Assembly: GCA_963665115.1 (NCBI GenBank)
Contig: OY762007.1
Location: forward strand, 5,472,001-5,536,000
Reading direction: 5' to 3'
Length of the DNA: 64,000 nt
Origin: an uncultured Rivularia sp.
GTDB lineage: Bacteria > Cyanobacteriota > Cyanobacteriia > Cyanobacteriales > Nostocaceae
Positions 1-10,898 of this stretch are shown here, one piece after another (the first letter of the stretch is position 1; every line of letters starts with the position of its first letter). The notes beneath the pieces were generated by a model that worked only from the letters and a program-made list of their open reading frames with translations, was not told where the DNA came from and did not search any database. Made by a program: the position numbers and the translations under genes.

Positions 1-24
1 AGCATCTTGGATTGTTGCATTCAT
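1..24 (-). CDS. possible 5' end of a gene running off the window edge (MNATIQDA...)
   Basis: ATG at 24 on the minus strand, preceded by a purine-rich AGAGAAA and open to the window edge; only 8 codons are visible. Confidence 0.25.
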
Positions 25-544
25 ATTTCTCTAAGGCATAGGCTTCATTACCCATACGGCGAATTTCTACAATTTCACGCCCTGGTTTTTTCGGAATCTC
101 GAATTTTTCTTCTAGCTCCCGTTTCGCTATGTGCGAACCCAGCCAGGAGAACAAAGATTTTTGTTGACTTAAAGGCAACTCTATAATACGTTTCTGAAGG
201 TCGAAATTTTGAGAAATATGATTCATAAAACTTAATAGATAGCAACCCCTGAATCAAATCTCATCGTATCAATAATTGGATGTTTTTCGTAATCACATTA
301 TTTATAGGTATTAAAAGAATATTACATAGTCATAACAATAGCAAAGTAATATTTATCCAAAAGTCGCAAACTTATATGGTTCTTCGATAGAAAGCTAATT
401 ACTGATTTTTATTTAGATTAAACATATAGTTTTGTAAATAAACTCAATAACGGTAATTAAATTATTTCAAGTCCGATTTATATATAGTATTTTTATTGTG
501 AGTGTTCGCACCTATACTTATTTTAATTGCTAACCGTAAAAAAT

Positions 545-1037
545 ATGCCACAGCTTCCCAGTATTCCTTTATACGGGTGAAAAAGCGCCATCCTTTAGCG
601 CAAAAAATCAAGCTGGAGACTTGGTGAAGCTTGAAGATTTTCAATCTAATTGGCTTGTTCTTTACTTTTATCCCAAAGATGACACACCTGGTTGTACTGT
701 TGAAGCGAAAGATTTCAGCCAATACTCACCACAATTTGATGCTAAGGGAGCTGAAATTTTGGGAGTTAGTCCCGATTCAGAAAAGTCTCACTGCAAATTC
801 ATTCACAAACACGATTTATCAATTCAGCTTTTAAGCGATCCAGAACATCAACTGTGCGAAGCTTATGGTGTTTGGCAATTGAAAAAGTTTATGGGTAAAG
901 AATATATGGGTGTTGTACGCTCAACTTTTTTGATTGCGCCTGATGGTAATTTAGCTCATACATGGTCTAATGTGAGAACTAAGGGTCATGTTGAAAAAGT
1001 TCTAAGCAAGTTGCAGGAATTGCTTGCTGGGGTTTGA
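545..1037 (+). CDS. bcp: peroxiredoxin BCP/PrxQ; +1 frameshift near the 5' end, probably a sequence error
   Basis: FYPKDDTPGCT peroxidatic motif. The frame of ORF 621..1037 extends upstream as YTGEKAPSFSAKNQAGDLV and joins ATG 545 if one base is removed around 557-570. Confidence 0.9.
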
Positions 1038-1276
1038 TTGCTATTGGTTTTCTAAGTAATTGGGTGTTAAATGCGATATTAAAGTGATGCGTATCGCTTT
1101 CATTATCATACCAATAAAAAATTTTAGCGATGACAAACCATAAAGGTACCCGCGCCGTCAATACTACTTTTTGTATTATATGTAATTAGCTTTAATGAGA
1201 ATAAAAATTTAAGCAACTATTTCAACTTCAATGTCAAATATTTGAAGAAGCAGCGTTCCAGATAATCTTCGTACTA

Positions 1277-1471
1277 CTATAAACTGGGAACCAGCTTAAT
1301 TCTACCGGCATCCATTTCAGCCATTAACAGTTCTAATGCTTCATAGTCAACGTCAGATATATAACCCATCTGAGTCAGTTCTGAATTTATTTCATTTTCT
1401 ATTTCGGGAGTTAATTTCTTGATAACCAACGCCCTTTCAACTAATTGACGAATAGCGAACTTAGTTCTCAT
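1277..1471 (-). CDS. small hypothetical protein (64 aa), helical and acidic, of a type seen in cyanobacteria
   Basis: Clean ORF with protein-like composition in an otherwise AT-rich intergenic region. Confidence 0.75.
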   Translation of the reverse strand: MRTKFAIRQLVERALVIKKLTPEIENEINSELTQMGYISDVDYEALELLMAEMDAGRIKLVPSL

Positions 1472-1551
1472 AGTAAGTAACCGTTATGTATTTAATACCA
1501 ATTATCTCAGATATATTTAAGTATAAAACGTGATCCAAGCACTACTTAAGA

Positions 1552-1567
1552 AGTGATCTAGATCACA
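1552..1567. promoter_or_regulatory. CRP-family binding site
   Basis: AGTGATCTAGATCACA has one mismatch to TGTGA-N6-TCACA and a fully palindromic core; it lies between divergent genes. Confidence 0.6.
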
Positions 1568-1956
1568 GATATAGCGGACAAGTCACTTGCCATCTCAAAA
1601 AGATACAAGCCAATGATTAAGGAAAAAATAAGGATACTTTATATTTAATTAGCCTCTCTCGACTATATTAGGCAAGATTAGGCAAGAATGCTTAAAGGGC
1701 TAATAATCTACAGATATCTTTTTCCATACCCCGGCACGAAGGCATACTGGTTATATAGATTATTTTTGAACTTGAATTAGAAAAAAGTATATTTAGCTAC
1801 TGTTTTCTTAAGTATTGTGACAATCTTTAAACAGAAGTAGTGGAAGGGTGAAGATTCGACAAAGACAGCTAATACGAATGGTCGATGCGATAAAAAAAGG
1901 ATTATGGTCGAATACATCTATCCCTCAAGTAAAGAATATTTGAATAGGATGTAATT

Positions 1957-2283
1957 ATGCAAGCAATACTCGATAATCCTCAAATTACCATTATTCGTCC
2001 GAATGGTTGTTTAAATGCTGTAAATGCCGCAAAACTTGAATGCGAATTGGGTACAGCCCTGAATCAAAGTAATAATACAATTGTATTGATAGACCTCGAA
2101 AAAGTTGATTTTATAGACAGTGCGGGTTTGATGGCATTAGTATTTGGAGTAAGAGAAGCAAAGCAATTAGAACAACGACTTTGTTTTTGCTCGGTTGCTC
2201 CTGCTCACAGAATTATTTTTGAACTTGCTGGTTTAGATAAAGTCTTTGAAATATTTGATGCAGGAAAAACTTTTAATAGTTAA
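1957..2283 (+). CDS. STAS domain anti-sigma-factor antagonist
   Basis: 108 aa with the VLIDLEKVDFIDSAGL motif, including the phosphorylatable Ser. Confidence 0.9.
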   Translation: MQAILDNPQITIIRPNGCLNAVNAAKLECELGTALNQSNNTIVLIDLEKVDFIDSAGLMALVFGVREAKQLEQRLCFCSVAPAHRIIFELAGLDKVFEIFDAGKTFNS

Positions 2284-2454
2284 TATAAACGTCTTAGAAA
2301 GCTGCGAAAAAGTTCCTCTTTATCTTCCATTGAAAATAACTCTCGTAGCTATAAGAGGAAAATTTGAATCACTTTCCTAATACACTGCTACAAATCAATG
2401 CTAATCTTGGAGGTGAGTAGCTGTAATTACTAGAAGTAGCTAGAAAATAGCATA

Positions 2455-5052
2455 GTGTCTATTGCAGTAGATAAATTAATCACGTCGGATATTTCAAAAC
2501 CATCCCGTTACCTGGGTAATGAGCTTTTAGCTAAACATAAACCTTGGGATACGGCGACGATACGCTGGGTATTAACGTACCCAGAGGTATATGAAGTTGG
2601 TGCTTCTAATTTAGGGCATATCATTCTTTACAATATATTGAATGTTCAGCCCCGCCAGTTGTGCGATCGCGCTTATCTACCGGGTGCGGATTTAACGGCA
2701 AAGTTAAGAACGACTCAAACACCTTTGTTTGCGGTAGAGTCAAAGCGAAGTCTAGTTGATTTCGATATTTTAGGTTTTAGCCTCAGTTATGAATTGGGGG
2801 CTACCAACATTTTGGAAATGTTGGATTTGGCTGGCATTCCTTTCACTTGGGAAGAAAGATTGCAGGGAGATTACCCGTTGATTTTTGCGGGGGGACAAAC
2901 TGCTACATCTAATCCCGAACCTTATGCTGATTTCTTCGATTTTATCGCTCTGGGAGATGGTGAAGAACTTTTACCAGAGATTGGTTTAATTTTAGAAGAA
3001 GGTAAAAAAGCGAAGTTAAGCCGTCAGGAATTATTGCTGGATTTGGCACAGGTACCTGGCGTATACGTACCGCAGTTTTACGATATGGCTGCTGACGGTT
3101 CGGTTCATCCCAATCATCCAGATGTGCCGGAGCGGGTTATACGAAGAGTTTCGAGTCCCATCCCAGCTTATTCTATCGGTTTGGTTCCTTATGCAGAAAC
3201 CGTACACGACCGTTTAACGATTGAAATTCGGCGTGGATGTACCAGAGGCTGTAGATTTTGTCAACCAGGAATGTTAACTCGTCCGGCGCGAGATGTAGAA
3301 CCCGACAAAGTTGTGCAAACAATTACAGAGGGGATGCGCCAAACTGGTTACAATGAATTTTCTTTGTTGTCTCTTTCTTGCTCCGATTATTTAGCTTTAA
3401 GTTCGGTAGGAATGGAAATTAAAAATCGTCTTAAAGATGAAAATATTTCCCTTTCTCTACCAAGTCAGCGAGTAGATAGATTTGATGACAATATCGCCAA
3501 TATCCTTGGTGGAACCCGGAAAGGTGGTTTAACTTTTGCCCCAGAAGCCGGTACTCAAAGGATGCGGGATATTGTTAACAAAGGTTTGACGAATGAAGAA
3601 TTATTAAGGGGGGTGAAAACAGCTTGGAAACGAGGTTGGGATAAGGTAAAGCTATATTTTATGATTGGCTTACCCGGTGAAACTGATGTTGATGTAGTAG
3701 GTATCGCTCAAACCGTAAGTTGGCTGAAGCGGGAATGTTGGGCAACAGGTAGAAAGCCCGTGAACTTTAACATCACAATTTCCAACTTTACGCCCAAACC
3801 CCATACACCATTCCAATGGCACTCAGTTTCTACTAGCGAATTTAAACGCAAGCAAGAATTGTTACGTTCTGAATTTCGTCGGATTCGGGGAGTTAAAGTT
3901 AATTTCACCGATGTGCGGATTTCGGCAATGGAAGATTTTGTCGGTAGAGGAGACAGAACTCTTGCGAGCGTGTTACGTCGTGCTTGGGAATTGGGCGCGG
4001 GCATGGATTCCTGGTTTGACAATTTGGATAAAGCTTTTGCAGCTTGGGAGCAGGCGATCGCCGAAGCTGGTTTAGATTGGAAATACCGCAAAGTGCAAGC
4101 TGGCGAGTGGAACGTTATGGAAGGCAGCAGTGTTCCGGAGCGCCTTGATTCGCCACTGCCTTGGGAGCATATAGATACGGGGATTGATAAAAAGTGGCTC
4201 AAAGAAGATTTGCAACGCGCTCTTGATGCCGCCACCGTACCCGATTGTTCCTTTGACGGTTGCTCGCATTGTGGAGTTTGCGGTACCGATTTTGGTCATA
4301 ATGTGGTAGTGGAACCCCCGCCGATTCCGGAATTTGCTGGAGATTTCGTTCCCGATACTACCAAAGCTTTACGATTGCGAGTACGGTTTGGCAAACAGGA
4401 TGATATGGCATTAGTCGGTCATTTAGATTTAATGAGAGTCTTCGATCGAGCCGTGCGACGAGCCAAATTACCAGTATCATTTAGCGGTGGGTTTAATCCA
4501 CAACCAAGGATATCAGTAGCAAATGCTTTAGCCTTGGGAGCTACTAGTAATTCTGAAATTGTAGATTTTGAATTAACGCGCATAATTGATATTGATACTT
4601 TTCAAAGGGATTTAAGTTCTGCATTACCGAACGGCATACCTATATATGATGTAGTGCAGCTAGATTTAAAATCTAAAAGTGCATCACAACTTCTCGAAAC
4701 TGCCGAGTATTTGATTACTGTAAGAGTAGATCGAGAAACAACTTCATCTGAATGGCAAGATTGGATTAATGCAATCAAACAAGCAGATGAAATTTGGACA
4801 CAGCACAAAACCAAGAAAGGTAAAATCAAAAATGTAAATCTGCGCGAACGTTTGTTTGAGTTAGAGCTTGTCGAGACAGCGAAGGTTGAAACGAGCCAAA
4901 ATAATGCTGTCAAATTGCGTTATTTGGGAGCTTGTCGCAATGATGGTACTTTATTGCGTCCGGAACAAATTCCATTTATGCTTGAATCTGTCACAACAAC
5001 AGAATTCGATCTCCTGCACATACATCGGAGCAAGCTAATTTTGGCAGTTTAG
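2455..5052 (+). CDS. TIGR03960-type B12-binding radical SAM protein fused to a TIGR03936/DUF2344 domain
   Basis: RGCTRGCRFC CxxxCxxC motif, a CSFDGCSHCGVC cluster, C-terminal GHLDLMRVFDRAVRRAKLPVSFSGGFNPQP, and position upstream of rne. Confidence 0.9.
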   Translation: MSIAVDKLITSDISKPSRYLGNELLAKHKPWDTATIRWVLTYPEVYEVGASNLGHIILYNILNVQPRQLCDRAYLPGADLTAKLRTTQTPLFAVESKRSLVDFDILGFSLSYELGATNILEMLDLAGIPFTWEERLQGDYPLIFAGGQTATSNPEPYADFFDFIALGDGEELLPEIGLILEEGKKAKLSRQELLLDLAQVPGVYVPQFYDMAADGSVHPNHPDVPERVIRRVSSPIPAYSIGLVPYAETVHDRLTIEIRRGCTRGCRFCQPGMLTRPARDVEPDKVVQTITEGMRQTGYNEFSLLSLSCSDYLALSSVGMEIKNRLKDENISLSLPSQRVDRFDDNIANILGGTRKGGLTFAPEAGTQRMRDIVNKGLTNEELLRGVKTAWKRGWDKVKLYFMIGLPGETDVDVVGIAQTVSWLKRECWATGRKPVNFNITISNFTPKPHTPFQWHSVSTSEFKRKQELLRSEFRRIRGVKVNFTDVRISAMEDFVGRGDRTLASVLRRAWELGAGMDSWFDNLDKAFAAWEQAIAEAGLDWKYRKVQAGEWNVMEGSSVPERLDSPLPWEHIDTGIDKKWLKEDLQRALDAATVPDCSFDGCSHCGVCGTDFGHNVVVEPPPIPEFAGDFVPDTTKALRLRVRFGKQDDMALVGHLDLMRVFDRAVRRAKLPVSFSGGFNPQPRISVANALALGATSNSEIVDFELTRIIDIDTFQRDLSSALPNGIPIYDVVQLDLKSKSASQLLETAEYLITVRVDRETTSSEWQDWINAIKQADEIWTQHKTKKGKIKNVNLRERLFELELVETAKVETSQNNAVKLRYLGACRNDGTLLRPEQIPFMLESVTTTEFDLLHIHRSKLILAV

Positions 5053-5143
5053 TAATTTGGGGGCAATTGTAGTTGTCATTGCCCTCTAATTGAACTTCAA
5101 CCTTCTTAATTGATTTTTTACGACCTTGCGCTAGAATTATATG

Positions 5144-5935
5144 AAGAGAAATTATAAGAGCGCTGCAACGGAACGAATTGATTCACTACCCGCTATGTAC
5201 GGGGCGTTAAAGCAATAATATTTTAGAGTGCAACTCGACAATACTGAGGTATTATCTCAGATAAAGCCGACAGCATCCGCAGAGAAGTCTCTCTAGGAGC
5301 GTTTTTTGCAACTAGGAAAGCGGTGAATCAGTTCCGACTCGTAAAGCGCGTGGGTCTAATTGCTTCTCTCACCATTTATGATGGCGGAAATAGTAGAGTA
5401 AGCTCTAATTTTCCAGCTAACAGGGTTCGGATATGTAGAGTCGCATAGGCACTCAAAAGTACCACTTACGGGTAAACTTTTAAAGTCTACTTTGAAACGG
5501 GCAAGGAAGTATGCACCCCTACTTTTGATTTGCTCGCGCAGTCAGCCCGCGTCTTAAGAAGAGGCGCAGTTTCAGTTTCGCACTCGCGAAGATATTCGAG
5601 GTAATACTGCCCGATTATTAGAATAATCTCTTGCATCAGATGCGCGATAGTGTAAAAAAGCAACACTGTAATTGCTTTTTTACCTGACACATTAATTAGG
5701 AAGGGAAAGGTGTAAAAAATTGACCCTTAACGGGCGATTTTATTCATAAAAACATTCAACCGTTTTGATATCGGAGTTGCGTAAACGCAATTCAAGAAGG
5801 TAAATAGCTCGTGTTTTTTTGAGCGAAAGTAAGTGCAATTTTTATTACAGCAGCGCCTTTGAAGGAGGAGACAGGGTAGATTGATGAAAACTCCTCTCAG
5901 TAAGGATTTGAGCTGCCAATTTTTGAGGAAATTGA
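5144..5935 (+). promoter_or_regulatory. putative long structured 5' leader of rne
   Basis: TAGAAT -10-like hexamer at 5132-5137, several hairpins, a long-range helix (5169-5186 with 5323-5336) and no credible ORF. Confidence 0.5.
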
Positions 5936-8026
5936 ATGCCGAAACAAATTATCATCGCCGAACAGCATCAAATTGCTGCGGTGTTCTCTGAAGACCAAAT
6001 ACAAGAACTTGTCGTAGCTACTGGCCATCACCAAATTGGTGATATTTATTTAGGGGTAGTAGAAAATGTATTGCCTGGGATAGATGCGGCCTTTGTGAAT
6101 ATTGGCGACCCGGAGCGTAATGGTTTTATTCATGTAACCGACCTTGGACCATTAAGGTTAAGACGTTCGTCAGCAGCAATCACGGAGTTATTAACACCAC
6201 AACAAAAAGTTTTGGTGCAAGTGATGAAAGAGCCGACGGGTACCAAAGGACCCAGGCTTACAGGTAACATTACTTTACCGGGTCGCTACGTAGTCTTGAT
6301 GCCTTACGGACGAGGCGTTAATTTATCCCGCAGAATCAGGAACGAAAACGAACGCAACCGTTTGAGAGCCTTAGCAATCTTAGTTAAGCCTGCCGGAATG
6401 GGTTTATTAATCCGTACTGAAGCCGAAGGTAAACCCGAAGAAGCTATTATTGAAGATTTAGAATTTCTGCAAAAGCAATGGGAGTCAATTGGCGAACAAG
6501 CTCAAACCAGCCGTGCGCCTGCCTTGCTCAACCGTGACGATGACTTTATCCAGCGCGTTTTGCGGGATATGTATGGTGCCGATGTAAATCGGATTGTTGT
6601 TGATTCGAGTACTGGTTTAAAGCGAGTAAAGCAGTATTTACAGAATTGGAGCGGCGGACAGGTACCCCAAGGTTTATTAATCGACCACCACCGCGATCGC
6701 ACTGCAATTTTAGAATATTTCCGGATCAATGCTGCGGTAAAGGAAGCTCTGAAACCAAGAGTAGATTTACCTTCTGGTGGTTACATTATTATTCAACCTA
6801 CCGAAGCATTAACCGTAATAGATGTCAACTCCGGTTCGTTTACTCGTTCGGCTACCGCAAGAGAAACCGTATTGTGGACAAACTGCGAAGCTGCCACGGA
6901 AATAGCACGTCAGTTACGGTTGCGTAATATTGCTGGTGTCATTGTTGTTGATTTCATTGATATGGAATCGCGGCGAGACCAGTTACAGGTTCTCGAAAAT
7001 TTTAATAAAGCCCTGAAATCGGATAAAGCTCGTCCTCAAATTGCTCAGTTAACTGAATTAGGTTTGGTAGAGCTTACCCGCAAACGTCAAGGTCAAAATA
7101 TTTACGAACTTTTCGGAGAAACTTGTCCTACCTGTGGAGGTTTAGGGCATATCGTACATTTACCAGGGGAAAACGAATCCCGAGTCGCACCACCACCAGT
7201 AGAAGTACCAGATCGTGTAGTACCTTTACCCCAAAGAGAACCCCGTTTGTCAGCTCCTCGATTGAGCGAACCAAGAGAAATCGTAGATGGATTCGCAGAT
7301 GGTGATGAAGGTGAAGGAGATTTTGCAAACTTAAACTTGGTCAATCATCCGAGCTATCAAGAATTAGGCGATCCGAACAAACGTCGTCGTCGTCGTCGCT
7401 TGGGGATTAATACGGGGAATGGCAAAGATGAACCAAGGATTAATGGGAGTCCGGTAACATTAGTTAATGATGATTTAGATACCGATTCAGAACCAGAACC
7501 AGAACTTAGAAGAACCGAAACACCATCGGCATTAAATAAAGGCTGGAGCGAAAGACCGACGGAACGTACTAGTAGAACTAGAGTCGAATCGGTCAAAGGA
7601 GTACTCGAACCACCAGAAATTGTTTCGGTGGAAATGACTTCGGAGGAACAGGATGTTTACGCTTTAATGGGTGTTACACCTTTAAAGAAGTTGGAGAAAG
7701 ATTTCAAAAATGAAAAATCTGTAATTATCAATGTAGTTCCACCTGGTGAAGATGAAGATGAAGATGAAGATAGCATCTCAGAATCTGAATCATATTCGCT
7801 GACTCCAACTCCAAAGATAGTGAGAATAAACAATGTAGATAATGAAGTTACACTCGAAGAGGAAATAGAAGAAATAGAAGAAGAAGTAGAAAAAGCAGAA
7901 GAAGTAGAGCAACCAGAGCAAGTAGAATCTAATCAAACCATAGATAATACCGAAACCGAAACCGCGACAGTAGATACACGTCGCCGTCGCCGTCGTCGTA
8001 CTTCCTCAGAAGCACCATCTAGCTAG
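5936..8026 (+). CDS. rne: ribonuclease E
   Basis: S1 domain (GDIYLGVVENVLPGIDAAFV), VIDVNSG and VDFIDM catalytic motifs, CPTCGGLG Zn-link, and a disordered acidic C-terminus with Arg runs. Confidence 0.97.
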   Translation: MPKQIIIAEQHQIAAVFSEDQIQELVVATGHHQIGDIYLGVVENVLPGIDAAFVNIGDPERNGFIHVTDLGPLRLRRSSAAITELLTPQQKVLVQVMKEPTGTKGPRLTGNITLPGRYVVLMPYGRGVNLSRRIRNENERNRLRALAILVKPAGMGLLIRTEAEGKPEEAIIEDLEFLQKQWESIGEQAQTSRAPALLNRDDDFIQRVLRDMYGADVNRIVVDSSTGLKRVKQYLQNWSGGQVPQGLLIDHHRDRTAILEYFRINAAVKEALKPRVDLPSGGYIIIQPTEALTVIDVNSGSFTRSATARETVLWTNCEAATEIARQLRLRNIAGVIVVDFIDMESRRDQLQVLENFNKALKSDKARPQIAQLTELGLVELTRKRQGQNIYELFGETCPTCGGLGHIVHLPGENESRVAPPPVEVPDRVVPLPQREPRLSAPRLSEPREIVDGFADGDEGEGDFANLNLVNHPSYQELGDPNKRRRRRRLGINTGNGKDEPRINGSPVTLVNDDLDTDSEPEPELRRTETPSALNKGWSERPTERTSRTRVESVKGVLEPPEIVSVEMTSEEQDVYALMGVTPLKKLEKDFKNEKSVIINVVPPGEDEDEDEDSISESESYSLTPTPKIVRINNVDNEVTLEEEIEEIEEEVEKAEEVEQPEQVESNQTIDNTETETATVDTRRRRRRRTSSEAPSS

Positions 8027-8042
8027 GTAACATAACTCTTTT

Positions 8043-8721
8043 ATGGTAAATACTGGGCAAGCTATCACTGCAATGGACGCGCCAAAACTCCCCCTCAAAC
8101 AAAATTGGCTAGAATTTTCTACGTATTGCAATCCACAAAGAGGGTTAATTGCAGGTGTAGATGAAGTGGGGAGAGGTGCTTTGTTTGGTCCCTGTGGTAG
8201 CAGCAGCAGTCATCCTACCAAATAGTAATAGTTTGCCCCAACTCCTCACAACCAAAATCAAAGACAGCAAAAAGCTATCTGCTTCTAGAAGAACTCAGTT
8301 AGCCAAGCAAATTATTGATATTGCAATAGACTGGAAAATCGGTTTTGCAACTACGGCTGAAATAGACTCTTTGAATATTTTGCAAGCATCCCTTTTAGCA
8401 ATGAAGCGGGCTGTTCTGAAATTAAAGGTACAGCCCGCACTTTGTTTAATTGATGGAAATCAGCGGATAAAAAATTTTCCCTTACCACAAGAAACAATAG
8501 TTAAAGGAGATTCGCTTTCGCTTACGATAGCTGCCGCGTCTATTCTTGCTAAGGTTTGGCGCGATGAACTAATAATTCGTCTTGCTAACAAGTACTCGAT
8601 GTACGGCTTAGAACAAAACAAGGGTTATGGTAGCAAAAAACATCTATTAGCAATACAAAATTACGGTATCACGCGCTTGCATCGTACATCTTTTCGTCCC
8701 TGCCAAATCGAAGAAAAATAA
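8043..8721 (+). CDS. rnhB: ribonuclease HII; +1 frameshift at CCC 8190-8192, probably a sequence error
   Basis: AGVDEVGRGALFGP in one frame continues as VVAAAVIL...DSKKL...IDGN...IAAASILAKV in the next. Confidence 0.93.
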
Positions 8722-8950
8722 GTACTTGTGCTTTCGTTTGGATAGAAAATTATTGACAGGGAACGGCTATATAACTAAGTAGTAATTGCAATAATGATGT
8801 TGGTTAACTACTTAGCATTCTAATACCATTTATTCTAATAGCTGCTTCTTCAATAGTTGGGATGCTAAAATACCCAAAAAAAGCTCTAAAAGGCTTGAGA
8901 TAAAAGTATTAATACAGTGATTGATTAAAGTTATTAACGCCTTTTCCCAG

Positions 8951-8988
8951 TTACCAATTATCAATTATCAATTACCAATTACCAATTA
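8951..8988. repeat. STRR heptamer array (TTAYCAA)n
   Basis: Five tandem heptamers downstream of the DUF1997 gene. Confidence 0.8.
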
Positions 8989-8999
8989 TTTAATAGCTT

Positions 9000-9587
9000 T
9001 TATTCAGGCTTGAAAACCTTGAAATCATTATTATCCGGATCGAAGCTGCTATCTTTAGTTTGCAATTCAACCCAATGTCGATAATCAACCAGCAGTTGTC
9101 GTAGCAATCTCTGCTTTATTGTTAGCAACACGCTTTTGAGCAAGCCATTACCAGTAGTTTCCAAAATTGATTTAGGTGTAAAACAAAAAGGTGGCGGTAA
9201 TTCCACCTGCACTTCTAAATTTACTATACCTTTAAGGCGAGTATTTTCATTTGTTTCGTAACTTGATAAATTACCTTTTAAATCAAGCTGAAAACGACGA
9301 TCGATGTATTCTAAACCACGAATTTCACTACGAACTGATTCTAAATAAATTGCTCCATCTGAAGCAGCCCATACTCTCATATCTACAATTGGTTGAATAC
9401 TCAACGACATAAAAGTGAGGGGACGCATTTTTAAACGAAAAACTTCTGTGTTTAGCTGTTCAATCCGGCTCGAATCAGCTAAAGCCTTAACTAAACGTTG
9501 GGGTTGTCGTAAATAATGCTTAATTGGGATAGGCTGATATGGAACGGGAATTTCTACAGATTGACAGGCTTTAAATTTAGTCGCCAT
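9000..9587 (-). CDS. DUF1997 family protein
   Basis: YLRQPQRLV...FRLKMRPL...VELPPPF...LETTGNGLL pattern typical of the cyanobacterial/plastid family. Confidence 0.8.
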   Translation of the reverse strand: MATKFKACQSVEIPVPYQPIPIKHYLRQPQRLVKALADSSRIEQLNTEVFRLKMRPLTFMSLSIQPIVDMRVWAASDGAIYLESVRSEIRGLEYIDRRFQLDLKGNLSSYETNENTRLKGIVNLEVQVELPPPFCFTPKSILETTGNGLLKSVLLTIKQRLLRQLLVDYRHWVELQTKDSSFDPDNNDFKVFKPE

Positions 9588-9765
9588 AGTTAAACGACAA
9601 TAATTTGTCGATAATTGTATTTTTGAACAAAATATAGTTGTTTGTATTGTACAAAACCTATACCCTTTTTAATTATAAAAATTATTGTTACTTTATAATA
9701 TCTATTTTAGGTAAAAATGTATTGTATTCTGTTTGCTATCTTCATTATTAAAGGTTTTGTAAATT

Positions 9766-10635
9766 ATGATATCTATTGCACATTTGGGACCTAGCGGTAC
9801 TTATGCAGAACAAGCAGCTTCATATTACCTTAGTTGGCTGACGAAAAATACTAAAACGGAAGCTTCATTATGTCCTTATCCAAGCATTTTTCAAACACTT
9901 TATTCTGTAGCTAAAGGGCAAGCAGATTTAGCAGTGGTACCTGTAGAAAACTCTATTCAAGGAGGAGTTACTGTTACATTAGATACGCTCTGGCAACTAG
10001 ATAATTTGCAAATTCAGTTAGCTTTAGTTGTACCAATTACTCACGCATTAATTTCTTGTTCGGAAAGTTTAGATAATATAAAAACCGTTTATTCTCATCC
10101 GCAAGCATTAGCTCAATGTCAAAAATGGTTGGAGAAGTTTCTTCCACAAGTACAGTTAGTTCCGAATAATTCCACAACAGAAGCACTGCAAAAATTAGAA
10201 AGTGACAAAGCAGCAGCAGCTATTTCATCGCTTAGAGCCGCGCAACTATATAATTTACCCGTACTTGCAAACGGTATTAATGACTACCCGGAAAATTGTA
10301 CTCGTTTTTGGGTAGTTAGTCAGCCTGGTAATTGTCCCACCCACGAAATATTGAACAATACTGCCTTCTACACTTCATTAGCGTTTAGCGTACCGGCAAA
10401 TTTACCTGGTGCATTAGTTAAACCATTACAAGTTTTTGCCGAGCAAAATATTAACCTTAGCAAGATTGAATCGCGTCCAACTAAACGTTCTTTAGGAGAA
10501 TATTTGTTCTTCATGGATCTAGAAGCAGACGTTTCCTCTACTAAAATGCAATCTGCTTTAACTAAATTATCCAATTATACGGAAATTCTGAAAATTTTTG
10601 GTAGCTATAATGTTTTACCAACTGAATCGTTGTAA
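9766..10635 (+). CDS. pheA: prephenate dehydratase
   Basis: LGPSGTY, VVPVENS, SHPQALAQC and NCTRF motifs plus the ACT-domain ESRP. Confidence 0.96.
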   Translation: MISIAHLGPSGTYAEQAASYYLSWLTKNTKTEASLCPYPSIFQTLYSVAKGQADLAVVPVENSIQGGVTVTLDTLWQLDNLQIQLALVVPITHALISCSESLDNIKTVYSHPQALAQCQKWLEKFLPQVQLVPNNSTTEALQKLESDKAAAAISSLRAAQLYNLPVLANGINDYPENCTRFWVVSQPGNCPTHEILNNTAFYTSLAFSVPANLPGALVKPLQVFAEQNINLSKIESRPTKRSLGEYLFFMDLEADVSSTKMQSALTKLSNYTEILKIFGSYNVLPTESL

Positions 10636-10898
10636 TTATGGCTATTGTCGTCAAATCAGCATAATAGCTGCTAAAAAACCGTAATTATTAAAAGGGAATT
10701 GGGAATGGGGAACAGCGACTATTTGCAGTTGGAATAATTTTATTAATTTATTAATTTAAACAAGCATATTTTCAACATAAAAGTAAGCTCAATTTTCTAC
10801 CTATTAAACAACTATAGTTTTCCACTACTTTCTATGCTTTGCTGCTAAAACTATTTATTATTTTTTACTTTTTCACACTATTCCCTACTCCCTATTTA

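Noticed and set aside
8185..8200. Programmed ribosomal frameshifting or phase variation in rnhB and the other split genes
   Set aside because: The runs are only 3-5 nt with no slippery heptamer or stimulator, and the same defect in seven unrelated genes is better explained by sequence error
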